Translations under genes and position numbers: made by a program | In this document: piece by piece, positions 46,851 to 59,200 of the stretch | How positions within the stretch are numbered: position 1 is the first letter of the stretch | How the letters are laid out: each line of letters begins with the position of its first letter | Notes under the pieces: model-generated | Database searches by the model: none | Told to the model about the DNA's origin: nothing | What the model saw: the letters and a program-made list of their open reading frames with translations, nothing else | Origin: Nematostella vectensis | Lineage: Eukaryota | Assembly: GCF_932526225.1 (NCBI RefSeq) | Contig: NC_064037.1 | Coordinates: 3,184,996-3,248,995 of the forward strand | Direction: 5' to 3' | Length of the DNA: 64,000 nucleotides

Positions 46851-48585
46851 TCTTTCGAATAAGCGCCTCCCCGAATAAGCTTCTCGCCGAATAAGCGTCT
46901 CGCCGAATATGCGTCTCGCCGAATAAGCGTCTCGCCGAATAAGCATCTCGCCGAATAAGCGTCTCGCCGAATAAGCATCTCGCCGAATAAGCGTCTCGCC
47001 AAATAAGCGTCTCGCCGAATAAGCGTCTCGCCGAATAAGCATCTCGCCGTATAAGCGTCTCGCCGAATAAGCGTCTCGCCGAATAAGCGTCTCGCCGGAT
47101 AAGCGTCTCGCCGAATAAGCATCTCGCCGAATAAGCGTCTCGCCGAATAAGCGTCTCGCCGAATAAGCATCTCGCCGTATAAGCGTCTCGCCGAATAAGC
47201 ATCTCGCCGAATAAGCGTCTCGCCGAATAAGCGTCTCGCCGAATAAGCGTCTCGCCGTATAAGCGTCTCGCCGAATAAGCATCTCGCCGAATAAGCGTCT
47301 CGCCGAATAAGCATCTCGCCGAATAAGCGTCTCGCCGAATAAGCGTCTCGCCGAATAAGCGTCTCGCCGAATAAGCGTCTCGCCGTATAAGCGTCTCGCC
47401 GAATAAGCGTCTCGCCGTATAAGCATCTCGCCGAATAAGCGTCTCGCCGAATAAGCGTCTCGCCGAATAAGCATCTCGCCGAATAAGCGTCTCGCCGAAT
47501 AAGCATCTCGCCGTATAAACGTCTCGCCGAATGAGCTTCTCGCCGAATGAGCTTCTCGCCGAATAAGCGTCTCGCCGAATAAGCGTCTCGTCGTATAAGC
47601 GTCTCGCCGAATAAGCATATCGCCGAATATGCGTCTCGCCGAATAAGCGTCTCGCCGAATAAGCATCTCGCCGAATAAGCGTCTCGCCGAATAAGCGTCT
47701 CGCCGAATAAGCGTCTCGCCGAATAAGCGTCTCGCCGTATAAGCGTCTCGCCGAATAAGCATCTCGCCGAATAAGCGTCTCGCCGAATAAGCATCTCGCC
47801 GAATAAGCGTCTCGCCGAATAAGCGTCTCGCCGAATAAGCGTCTCGCCGTATAAGCGTCTCGCCGTATAAGCGTCTCGCCGAATAAGCGTCTCGCCGTAT
47901 AAGCATCTCGCCGAATAAGCGTCTCGCCGAATAAGCGTCTCGCCGAATAAGCATCTCGCCGAATAAGCGTCTCGCCGAATAAGCATCTCGCCGTATAAGC
48001 GTCTCGCCGAATGAGCTTCTCGCCGAATAAGCGTCTCGCCGAATAAGCGTCTCGCCGTATAAGCGTCTCGCCGAATAAGCATATCGCCGAATATGCGTCT
48101 CGCCGAATAAGCATCTCGCCGAATAAGCATCTCGCCGTATAAGCGTCTCGCCGAATAAGCGCCTCGCCGAATAAGCATCTCGCCGTATAAGCGTCTCGAC
48201 GAATAAGCGTCTCGCCGAATAAGCGTCTCGCCGAATAAGCGTCTCGCCGGATAAGCGTCTCGCCGAATAAGCATCTCGCCGAATAAGCGTCTCGCCGAAT
48301 AAGCATCTCGCCGAATAAGCGTCTCGCCGAATAAGCGTCTCGCCGAATAAGCATCTCGCCGAATAAGCGTCTCGCCGAATAAGCGTCTCGACGAATAAGC
48401 GTCTCGCCGAATAAGCGTCTCGCCGAATAAGCGTCTCGCCGTATAAGCGTCTCGCCGTATAAGCGTCTCGCCGAATAAGCGTCTCGCCGAATAAGCATCT
48501 CGCCGAATAAGCGTCTCGCCGAATAAGCGTCTCGCCGAATAAGCGTCTCCCCGAATAAGCGTCTCGCCGAAATGAAAAATGAAAT
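46851..48585. repeat. 16-bp satellite (gaataagcgtctcgcc) x about 108, 1.7 kb
   Basis: Direct reading. Open in three minus-strand frames, giving artefact ORFs 46788-48615. Confidence 0.95.
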
Positions 48586-49005
48586 AAGCGCTCTAGTGCC
48601 AATTACGGTATGCATTTGTGTTGGAAATAGATAAAGGCAATTTATTGGGTATTTTAGAAACTAGAAGCTATACTCGACGCTTGATATTAATCGCATGACA
48701 TAAATGTTCACAGGAACGGGAAAAAATGTTTGTATAATCCAAATAAAAAATGAAAACCGCCCTTCGATGTTTTCAAACGAGAGAAGGATTTGTTATTCTG
48801 GGGGCCGCAACACAGCCTTCGCTTATTCTTAAACAGGAATTAGCTAAAACGACTTTGTCCAACAAGATAGCCATCTAAGCTAAAATAAATGCATTCAATG
48901 TCTGACCTTAGTGCCCGGTGCCCGTGGGTCGGTGGGTGGGGAGAGAGAGAGAAGTGTAAGGGCTTGTAATCGCAATGCATTCTGGGTCGGTTACGAAATT
49001 TCAAG

Positions 49006-49219
49006 ATGGCGGGCATAAGATGGAGTTTATGCACTGCCAGCCTTCGTTCTGTTATTCGCTCTCCGGCCCGGGCCAAAGCTACGAGAACCATAGCGACTTC
49101 AACACCGCCTAGTTTTATTTTTAAACGAATGACAGGTTCACCGTCTCTTTCCGTGGAAAGGGCAACGGACGCTCATTCAAAGGTTTTGACCGAGAGAGAA
49201 ACACTCTACGAGCTGGATG
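49006..49219 (+). CDS. NIPSNAP: NIPSNAP-like exon 1
   Basis: aagATGG start; Arg/Ser/Thr-rich presequence; donor GATG|GTAGGT. Confidence 0.8.
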
Positions 49220-52200
49220 GTAGGTGGATAAATTATTCGCTCTCATTTTTTTTACTATCAGTCTGATAGACTTAAATAAGCTCCGTTACTGTTGGGCAGA
49301 TTGCTGAAAATCTAGGAAAATAAATAAGGAATGCTTTAGCCATAAATCTTTGGACACCCGCCAGGTAAAACAAAAACTGTTCTACTTTGATATTTCAGTA
49401 AAGCAGAAGGTATTGTCTTACTACATCAACCTATTTCAAAAAACGTTGTCAGTTCAAATGCCGAATGACGATTAACAAATGACAGTTCTACAACCAAAAG
49501 GACCCATGGATCCCAAAATATTTACTCCAAATTCAGAAACATATACTGATAAAACATTTAACTTTCCATTAAATGTAATTAATTTATGGTTTTGACATCG
49601 CTTGAGCTTATAATCAATACCCATAAGCACCTTTCGGTAGAACTGCCATTTGGCAATTGCCATTCGCTGTTTGCACTGACAACCTTTATTTAAATAGGTA
49701 TATGTGTTAAAAAGCTTCCAGTGAAACAATCTGCTAATTATTACCCCCATTGTATATAATTTGACAATCAGTTATAGAATAGTCAAATGAGACTCTATTT
49801 TTGACACTGCACATCAGATGATGTGTCTGATTTGGCTTATTGTCAAAGCAATGTATATCATGCATGATCATATTATAAGTTTTGCAAAAATTGTGACAAA
49901 TAACCTAAGATAATCCTTCTGTTATTAATCTATTGGTCATTAAGAACTGGGGAGAGGGGACATCGAGAGCGGGTGGGAACGGCACGGCTCCCCTGGCATC
50001 TTTATTCAGTACAGCCTGGCAATAAAAATAAAGGAAGTAAGACAACATTGTCCTCTGTTTAGTAATAGCATCTAGTAATAATGTTTGAAGCACTTAAATG
50101 CTGTATAATTAATTATTACTCTACTTTCAGTCCAGCACATTAAACCAGAATGTATAGAGGACTTCATAGCTCTTGTGTAAGTGTGACACTAGTTAACAGA
50201 AACAGAAATGATGATCTTTATGCAACAACATGTTTTATTTTGCACCTATTTAGATCTGCCTTAAATAGCCTTTTTTAATCTTTCAAAAGTGGCAGTGTAT
50301 TTAGCTCATTTAGGTCATGAAATCTAGGCCTTAAACTCTTCTGTGGTGGGGTAGATGGCACCACAAGTGGAGGTTAACGTGCTTGTTGCTAACAAATTCA
50401 CCTAATAATCAGATAGGATAATATGTCACATTGAGAAGTATTGTCAATTTAGCGCAATTCAGCTAAAGGTGCAACTCTGATTCACTCTACATCAATTAAA
50501 TCAAATTAATACGGTACAAATAATTATCTTGATGTCCTGTTTTCCAGGAGTGAAACCCTCCCTAGGATTCATAATGACCCGGACTTCCCAGGCAAACTAG
50601 TTGGAAGCTGGACGACCATGTTTGGACAACTGGACAGAGCAAGTATGTATATCCTTCTCTTTATGTCTGATCTTGATTGTGATTGGTGAATGAAAAATGA
50701 ATTGAAATTCATTTCAATTCTTTATAACCTTTCATCATACTTATTCCATAAGTCAATGTTCATTGTAAATTTTCTTACTGCTACATGTATATGTGAGGTT
50801 GATCTACCTGTGAGATACTTGCCATTGAAAATAATAAATTATTTTAGTTCACCTGTGGCAGTTTCATGGGGGATATAATTCAGTTGTTAATGCCAAGCAG
50901 TACATCAGAGAAAATCCGGTAGGTCCACTCTTCTGATTTATAGATGATGTTTTTACAAATGTGCATTCAAGCAAATTACCAGGAAAGTGTAGATTTAGGT
51001 CGATTTCATGACCTCCATTTTGCAGCCCTGCAACAGCACAAAATTTCAGAAGGCCTGTATGATATTTACAGGGCTTCTGGAATTATGATTTTTTTTTCTT
51101 ATGAGATTATGCGCCAAATTTTGGAAAATTATGCCCCAAATATCACGAATTATGCGAATTTCGCAATACTTTGTAAGCGAAAATTTTAAGTACTTGAATT
51201 AATTAAACTTGCAAATCAAGCGTCTGAATGCAACAGATTGTTTATGTGTTGTGTTGCATTACTTAACTGAATCGGGACCCAAACCTTCAAATAGGGAATG
51301 AACAACAAAAACAACTTACTGACCAATCGTCAAATGTTTATCATGTAAATAAAATATATCAGTACAAAAATGACAAGCAACAAAGTTCTTACGCCACTTT
51401 ACATCGTATTACAAGCTGAACAAAATAGAAGATCATGATCAGCATGAAACTTTCCAGGATATTGGCTTGCCCAATCTTGAGGTGTTACATAACATTTCAG
51501 TTCTTGTTTGTTTCTTGAAATTATTTTGTGTCTTTGTTACAAAAGAATCCATTTTGATAGTGAAAACACAAGAAGGAGAGATTTCCCTAAGGTTTCCCCG
51601 CCAAAAATTCGAAGTGAGGCGCTATTTTCTTTCCTAAGCTGTGATTGGTTATATTTCTTCCAATAATGGCACGTAACAACCAAAGGTTGTTTTGCGAAGT
51701 TCAATCTTGTTTACAATAAAGCACTGTTAAAACACTGGCTTTTTGCTGCAAAAATGTACTATATTTACTGGGAAAATGTCCATGTATCTCTCAAGGTATG
51801 AAAAAAACATAGTTTATTAATTGTTTTGTCAATTTTTTTGCAAATTATGCACCATTATTCGTTTTTTTTTTTCGAATTATGCGCTCAGAGCGAAATTATG
51901 CGCTTTCGCATAAGCGCATAATCCAGGAAGCCCTGTATTTACTAAAGCTTCCTAAGTTTTGATACAAGGACTCTTTGATACCAATAGCAAGACTGACTAT
52001 TCTCTGCTATAGGAATATCTGCGGTTTGCAAGAGAGCGCCGTCACATGATGTACAGCAGAGAAAACCAGTTGCTCCATGAGTTCCACTTCTGGGGTGAAC
52101 CTGTTCCACGCACAGAGCCACACATTTATGAACTACGCACTTACCACCTCAAGGTACATACAGTATATATAACCTGCTTACACAGATTCACACATGAACA

Positions 52201-55098
52201 ACAGACCACTTTGAGGCAACCTGTTCCAGTCTGTCTTGATTAGGTGTACATATACATTGCCTTCCTAAAAATTATATTATGCTTCTTTTTTTTTTGTTTT
52301 GCCAGTGGCAAAATCCTTTTCCCTGCATATTGTTAGCATGCTTTTTTATATTGTGATTTTTTTTTGTGGTTTGCTTTTAGCCTGGAACCCTTATAGAATG
52401 GGGAAACAACTGGTGAGTCATTTTATGATTTTACAGATAATCACGTGGTTATTGTAATAAATGGGGGGATATGTGGCTCGAAGTGTATCCATCTACCAAG
52501 CCAATAGGATCACCCATACCCTTGACTTAATTTTGATGCAGCTTTAATTTTTTTATATTGACTGAGTCATGCCATTAACCTTAGGTTGTAAGTGATGTCC
52601 TCCGCGGCCGTGCCATTAACCTTAGGTTGTTGTGTCCTCAGGGGCCGTGCCATTAACCTTAGGTTGTTGTGTTCTCAGGGGCCGTGCCATTAACCTTAGG
52701 TTGTTGTGTCCTTAGGGGCCGTGCCATTAACCTTAGGTTGTTGTGTCCTCAGGGGCCGTGCCATTAACCTTAGGTTGTTGTGTCCTTAGGGGCCGTGCCA
52801 TTAACCTTAGGTTGTTGTGTCCTCAGGGACCGTGCTGTTAACCTTAGGTTTTTGTGTCCTTAGGGGCCGTGCCATTAACCTTAGGTTGTTGTGTCCTCAG
52901 GGGCCGTGCCATTAACCTTAGGTTGTTGTGTCCTCAGGGGCCGTGCCATTAACCTTAGGTTGTTGTGTCCTTAGGGGCCGTGCCATTAACCTTAGGTTGT
53001 TGTGTCCTCAGGGACCGTGCCGTTAACCTTAGGTTGTTGTGTCCTTAGGGGCCGTGCCATTAACCTTAGGTTGTTGTGTCCTCAGGGGCCGTGCCATTAA
53101 CCTTAGGTTGTTGTGTTCTCAGGGGCCGTGCCATTAACCTTAGGTTGTTGTGTCCTCAGGGGCCATGCCATTAACCTTAGGTTGTTGTGTCCTCAGGGGC
53201 CGTGCCATTAACCTTAGGTTGTTGTGTCCTAAGGGGCCATGCCATTAACCTTAGGTTGTTGTGTTCTCAGGGGCCGTGCCATTAACCTTAGGTTGTTGTG
53301 TCTTAGGGGCCGTGCCATTAACCTTAGGTTGTTGTGTCTTAGGGGCCGTGCCATTAACCTTAGGTTGTTGTGTCTTAGGGGCCGTGCCATTAACCTTAGG
53401 TTGTTGTGTCTTAGGGGCCGTGCCATTAACCTTAGGTTGTTGTGTCTTAGGGGCCGTGCCATTAACCTTAGGTTGTTGTGTCTTAGGGGCTGTGCCATTC
53501 ACTGTAGGGGTTGTGGTGTCCTTAGGGGCCGTGCCATTAACCTTAGGTTGTTGTGTTCTCAGGGGCCGTGCCATTAACCTTAGGTTGTTGTGTCTTAGGG
53601 GCCGTGCCATTAACCTTAGGTTGTTGTGTCTTAGGGGCCGTGCCATTAACCTTAGGTTGTTGTGTCTTAGGGGCTGTGCCATTCACTGTAGGGGTTGTGG
53701 TGTCCTTAGGGGCCATGCCATTAACCTTAGGTTGTTGTGTCCTCAGGGACCGTGCCATTAACCTTAGGTTGTTTTGTCCTCAGGGGCCGTGCCATTAACC
53801 TTAGGTTGTTGTGTCCTCAGGGGCTGTGCCATTAACCTTAGGTTGTTGTGTCCTCAGGGGCCGTGCCATTAACCTTAGGTTGTTGTGTCCTCAGGGGCCG
53901 TGCCATTAACCTTAGGTTGTTGTGTCCTCAGGGGCCATGCCATTAACCTTAGGTTGTTGTGTCCTCAGGGGCCGTGCCATTAACCTTAGGTTGTTGTGTC
54001 CTCAGGAGCCGTGCCATTAACCTTAGGTTGTTGTGTCCTCAGGGACCGTGCCATTGACCTTAGGTTGTTGTGTCCTAAGGGGCCATGCCATTAACATTAG
54101 GTTGTTGTGTTCTCAGGGGCCGTGCCATTAACCTTATGTTGTTGTTGCCTCAGGGGCCGTGCCATTAACCTTAGGTTGTTGTGTCCTCAGGGACCGTGCC
54201 ATTAACCTTAGGTTGTTGTGTCCTCAGGGGCCGTGCCATTAACCTTAGGTTGTTGTGTCCTCAGGGACTGTGCCATTGACCTTAGGTTGTTGTGTCCTAA
54301 GGGGCCATGCCATTAACCTTAGGTTGTTGTGTTCTCAGGGGCCGTGCCATTAAACTTCGCCAAGAGGAAGATGAGGCAGTTGGCGGATTCTTTTCACAAA
54401 TTGGGGAATTGTACATGGTGCACCATATATGGGGTTAGTGAAACCTTTCCATGACCTTTATTCAGGCACCCTTAGATCCTTACTGAGGTTATATTTGTGT
54501 TTGTTCTCAGCTTACAAGGATCTTGTGAAGCGCAAAGAGATTCGCCAAAACCTTTGGAACAATCCTGGGTGGGATGACTGCGTTGGTAACACTGGTACAT
54601 ATTAACAATATCTTAATAATTCCAACATTCATCTGTTGGTAACACTGGTACATATTAACAAATCTTTATAATTCCAACATTCATCTGTTGGTAACACTGG
54701 TACATATTAACAATATCTTAATAATTCCAACATTCATCTGTTGGTAACACTGGTACATATTAACAATATCTTTATAATTCCAACATTCATCTGTTGGTAA
54801 CACTGGTACATTAGCAATATCTTAATAATTCCAACATTCATCTGTTGGTAACACTGGTACATATTAACAATATCTTAATAATTCCAACATTTATTTTGTC
54901 GTTATCTATTTATCTTGTTGGTAACACTGGTACATTAACAATATCTCAATAATTCCAACATTCATTTTTGTCGTTATCTATTTATCTTGTTGTTAAGAAC
55001 TTTGTTCAACTGATTTCTACCTCATATTTTCAGTGCCTCTGATTCGCCGCATGGAATCTTGGGTAATGGTTCCTCTACCCTACTCACCTTCCAAGTGA
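49006..55098 (+). CDS. NIPSNAP: NIPSNAP-like gene span (9 exons, 277 aa; N-terminal mitochondrial presequence-like)
   Basis: Matches human NIPSNAP1 throughout: [36 protein letters not shown]; [21 protein letters not shown]; [20 protein letters not shown]; [94 protein letters not shown]; [47 protein letters not shown]. Summed CDS 834 nt. Exons: 49006-49219, 50131-50176, 50547-50641, 50848-50918, 52013-52153, 52381-52412, 54339-54433, 54511-54585, 55034-55098. Confidence 0.9.
50131..50176 (+). CDS. NIPSNAP: NIPSNAP-like exon 2 ([16 protein letters not shown])
   Basis: ctttcag| acceptor; donor GT|GTAAGT. Confidence 0.75.
50547..50641 (+). CDS. NIPSNAP: NIPSNAP-like exon 3
   Basis: ...[15 protein letters not shown] matches human LVGNWNTWYGEQDQA; donor A|GTATGT. 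Confidence 0.8.
50848..50918 (+). CDS. NIPSNAP: NIPSNAP-like exon 4
   Basis: [24 protein letters not shown]; donor CCG|GTAGGT. Confidence 0.8.
51040..51945. mobile_element. about 0.9-kb element with about 25-bp terminal inverted repeats (tacagggcttctggaattatg ... cataatccaggaagccctgta) and internal attatgcgc sub-repeats, in NIPSNAP-like intron 4
   Basis: TIRs read directly near 51055-51085 and 51918-51945; ORF 50944-51189 overlaps and is rejected. Confidence 0.5.
52013..52153 (+). CDS. NIPSNAP: NIPSNAP-like exon 5
   Basis: 47 codons, most conserved block; donor AAG|GTACAT. Confidence 0.9.
52381..52412 (+). CDS. NIPSNAP: NIPSNAP-like exon 6 ([10 protein letters not shown]+W)
   Basis: ttttag| acceptor; donor TG|GTGAGT. 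Confidence 0.85.
52571..54338 (+). repeat. 37-38-bp minisatellite x about 47, tandem amplification of the exon 7 3' splice site plus first 15 nt of exon 7
   Basis: Unit ttgttgtgtcctcag|GGGCCGTGCCATTAAccttagg. The real junction is gttgttgtgttctcag|GGGCCGTGCCATTAAActtcgcc. Spurious ORFs 53229-53798. Confidence 0.9.
54339..54433 (+). CDS. NIPSNAP: NIPSNAP-like exon 7 ((W)[31 protein letters not shown])
   Basis: The acceptor ttctcag| is the last unit of the upstream minisatellite; donor G|GTTAGT. Confidence 0.85.
54511..54585 (+). CDS. NIPSNAP: NIPSNAP-like exon 8 ([25 protein letters not shown])
   Basis: Donor G|GTAACA is the first unit of the downstream minisatellite. Confidence 0.85.
54586..54990 (+). 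repeat. 53-bp minisatellite x about 7 derived from the exon 8 5' splice site (ctgttg|GTAACACTGGTACATattaacaatatcttaataattccaacattcat)
   Basis: The real exon 8 end is gcgttg|GTAACACTGGTACAT. Each unit repeats the donor plus flanking nt. Confidence 0.9.
55034..55098 (+). CDS. NIPSNAP: NIPSNAP-like exon 9, terminal ([21 protein letters not shown], stop TGA)
   Basis: matches human [21 protein letters not shown]. Confidence 0.85.
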
Positions 55099-55892
55099 TT
55101 CCCTAAGAGCATCATGGGAATTCTGTATATAGTTCAGAGCTTAGCTTCTAGCTAAGATCACACGATAAACCAGTGAAAGACGGGAAATGAATGATGTTTA
55201 TTGTGAGAAAGGTCTCACCAATTATTATACTATCAATACCGAACTATCAGTAGATGCTCACAGTGACAATCGCATGTTATGGCTTAGCTATCTAACAACA
55301 ACATCTAACTTGCTCACACATACTTCTGCCATAGTTTAGTTATGCATATTTCTTTAGGGGTGTTTTATTGTTTGGCTGATTTGGGAAACACACGCTTATA
55401 ACACTTCATTTACTCCCTTGTTTAGCGGATTGTTGCGCATTTTACACCGATAAACTACTCTTATGATTCTTATGTCCATTTTTAAAATGAACCTTGCAAA
55501 AAGGCAAAGTCGATTCTTCGGTGTTTTAGTCCGGTTACGACCGTGCATTCTGCAGGTGTTAGATGATAGCAGTGTCTATTTGTGTAGATGAAAGCAGTGT
55601 CTATTTGTGCATCTATTCTGACCCGAAAAAAAAACATTAAGAGTTGCCCAGAGAGACTGATTGTAATGTTTTTTTTATTAAAAATATAACGTATTTCCGG
55701 TGTGTAATGGTACAAAAATCGAAACTCATTTGCAATATTCTCAGGGATGGATCATGCAGTTTAGAGACTCTTCTATACAACATATGGCGGGAGGTAAATT
55801 TTTGGATTTTAGCTCCCATTTATTTCTAAAATTTCATTCGGAAGGCGGAGTGGTTTCCGCCCCCTAGATCCGCCTCTGAATCCTCCCTCAGT

Positions 55893-56281
55893 TTAATCCA
55901 TAGTACAATATCTGATGTCACAACCCGCAGTTGGGCTAAGTCGGTATACATAAAACTTTCCACAATTCCGCACAAGCGCTGGAACCTTGTGGTAACAGCA
56001 GTCGTTGGCATAGTCCCCAAAACACACGTGTGTCATCACACAACCGTCTTCTTTTCGCGGGTGCTGACCGTACAGCCAGCCGGGAAATTTGGCGTTACAG
56101 CTGCCAGGGGCCTGGCACGACGTGGGCATTTTCGTGCCAGCATCCCCGGATATTCGGTACCAGCCCTCCGCGAGGTTTGCGTCACAGGAGCCCAGCATCT
56201 TAGAGCTGTGGACTTGGCGATCTCCGTCGTGGAGGAGGTTGTAGTGATGACATTCATACGCAACCTCCCCGACATCATAAC
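55893..56281 (-). CDS. exon 11, terminal: D8C domain (uromodulin/GP2-type) with stop TAA
   Basis: ECHHYNLL...CDANLAEGWYRISGDAGTKMPTSC...CNAKFPGWLYGQHPRKEDGCVMTHVCF...CCYHKVPALVRNCGKFYVYRL...CDIRYCT matches the D8C consensus (GWYRF, MPE.C, CNT..P.WLNG.HP, CC, C.GGYYVY.L, C..AYC); acceptor aaattccccag|GT. Confidence 0.75.
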
Positions 56282-59200
56282 CTGGGGAATTTAGACGGGA
56301 ATCGCACAAGTTTTAGTTTAGCAACAAAGTAAGCCTGGGGAAGTCACGAGAGTTTTAGCTAAACGACAACATAACCTGTGTAGTTCAGCCTTCATCATAT
56401 TACAATGTTCGTTCAGCTGTTGTATAAAGAAGAAGAATTTCGAGTGTTTCTGAATAGTACTTTAATGACCTTCCATTGTGGATACCCAGACAGAACGCCT
56501 TGGGTAGACTGTAAAGTTGGTAGCCGATCAAATAATCAATGGGTCAACGAGCTAGACTTACATATGAAACGAGTCCCACTCCATGGCTTACATATGGGAT
56601 GGGTCCCACTCCATGACTCACATAAGGGATGGGTCCTATTCCTTGACTTACATATTGGATGGGTCCCACTCCATGACTTACATATGGGATGGGTCCCACT
56701 CCATGACTTACATATGGGATGGGTCCCACTCCATGACTTACATATGGGATGGGTCCCACTTCATGACTTACATATGGGATGGGTCCTACTCCAAGACTTA
56801 CATATGGGATGGGTCCCACACCATGACTTACATATGGGATGGGTCCTACTCCATGACTTACATATGGAATGGGTCCCACTCCATGACTTACATATGGGAT
56901 GGGTCCCACTCCATGACTTACATATGGGATGGGTCCTACTCCATGACTTACATATGGAATGGGTCCCACTCCATGACTTACATATGGGATGGGTCCCACT
57001 CCATGACTTACATATGGGATGGGTCCCACTCCATGACTTACATATGGGATGGGTCCTACTCCATGACTTACATATGGGATAAGTCCCACTCCATGGCTTA
57101 CATATGGGATGGGTCCCACTCCATGACTTACATATGGGATGGGTCCCACTCCAAGACTTACATATGGGATAAGTCCCACTCCATGACTTACATATGGGAT
57201 GGGTCCCACTCCAAGACTTACATATGGAATGGGTCCCACTCCATGACTTACATATGGGATGGGTCCCACTCCAAGACTTACATATGGAATGGGTCCCACT
57301 CCATGACTTACATATGGGATGGGTCCCACTCCATGACTTACATATGGGATGGGTCCCACTCCATGACTAACATATTGGATGGGTCCCACTCCATGACTTA
57401 CATATGGGATGGGTCCCACTCCAAGACTTACATATGGGATGGGTCCCACTTCATGACTTACATATGGGATGGGTCCCACTTCATGACTTACATATGGGAT
57501 GGGTCCCACTCCAAGACTTACATATGGGATGGGTCCCACTCCATGACTTACATATGGGATGGGTCCCACTCCATTGACCATGCTCGGTACATATGCGCAC
57601 AGCCGAGCCATAGAGCATACATCCGGGCTTGCACGAGTACGTCACAGCACTGCCCACATGATAATCGTTGCCGCTGACCATTCCATTGAACAGAGGCTCG
57701 GGTTCCTTGCACGCTGCCAGACCTGGACAAGTAGAAGATTGGAGAGGAATGAGGTTTCACGTGGAGAAACGGGATTAAACAAAAAGGAACGAGATCAAAC
57801 AAGAAGGGACCAGATTACAGGAGAAGAAATAAGGAGCACACAAGAAGAAAATGGATTAGGAAAAGAAACTAGATTTTATGCAAGGAGGAGCACGAAAGAC
57901 GAGAAGGAACTAAAGTACACGAGGAGACTGAACAATGATAGATTACACGATGAAAATTACACGACGAGAAACAAGATTGCACGATGAGAAACTGGATCAA
58001 TCGAGAAGAAACTAGATTATATATTGAGGATCACGGGGACAATATTGAGAGATTATAACTTACAAGGAGAAACCAGATCAAACTCGTTTTGATATCGTGA
58101 ACAAGATTATTCCATGATGGTAATCTATTTTCTAGCGCATTACGTACTTAGCTGCGTGAAGTATCCGATCGGCTTCTCCAGAAACTTGGTTTTTGCGGCG
58201 CAAAAATATTTGCCCTGGTCAGCTGATGATGGACGTTGGATCGTGTAGACAGCGGTGAACTCGTCCTCATCCTTCAAGATCTTGGTTGGCAAGGCAACGT
58301 CATCTTTGTACCACGTGAGCGTTGGTGAAGGAGTGCCTTTGGCTGTACAGTTTAGGATGATCGGTGTGTTCACGTTTTTGATTTTGAGTGTGGCAGGGGC
58401 AACCTTAAGGAATTTGACAGCACCTGGAGAAATTAAGAAAGCAAAAAGACACAGACGTAATAAACCACGTGCCTTCGAATAATGCGCGTTCCATCGTTGA
58501 AAATGAAAGAAGTCTAGACACATCTGGGATAGTAGTTATTGGACTTACTAAACCTTTCCACAGTAACGTCTATTGCAGCAATGACGGAGCCCATAGGGCT
58601 GCTCGCGCGACAGATATACAGTCCCTCATCTTCCTGGGTAAAACATGTAGTAGATATGAACGTAAGCTTACATGGAGATTGAACAAATGGTTTGCAGTAC
58701 ATTTACAGTATCTAGTCATCTCGGTTGAAGCGTACAGTACTCAATCATGGCCTACGCGGCTTAGGGAGAAAAGGTTGGCTTTCTCCTGTAATCATCAAGA
58801 TAGTGCTTGGTTCTCTTGAACTATTTGCTTACCTTGTTGGGGTCGTTCAGATATAACACGCCCTGCACGACCTTGTGCCTTTCCTCCGACAACTTCTTGT
58901 CCCTAGTCCTTCTCCACGTCACCACAGGCTCCGGGTAGCCCTCAACCTTGCACTCCAGCTTGGTGGACGTGCTCTGGAACGCTGTCACTTTGCTCGGAGG
59001 TTTCTCTATGAACTTGGGTTTCGCTAAGAAAATACAAGTATGTAAAGGGCTGTCACTAAAACTTAATATAGACTACCCCCTCAGGGAAAACAAGAATATT
59101 TCGAGTATATTTCAATTTCCATTATCGCGTGTAAAAATTTAAAATTTATTCAAATAAGGTTGCACTCAAGAATCCATGTGTCGTTACCCGCGGTGGTCTA

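Noticed and set aside
46788-48615. Three long overlapping minus-strand ORFs (489-604 aa)
   Set aside because: They lie entirely within a 16-bp satellite. The periodic RRDAYSARRLFGETLI translation in all frames is the signature of a tandem repeat, not a gene.
53229-53798. ORFs on both strands in the NIPSNAP-like intron 6 array, and similar ORFs at 56405-57677, 59744-60044, 38850-39763, 40053-40401 and 17174-17742
   Set aside because: All are confined to tandem repeats with periodic translations; none has homology or splice context.
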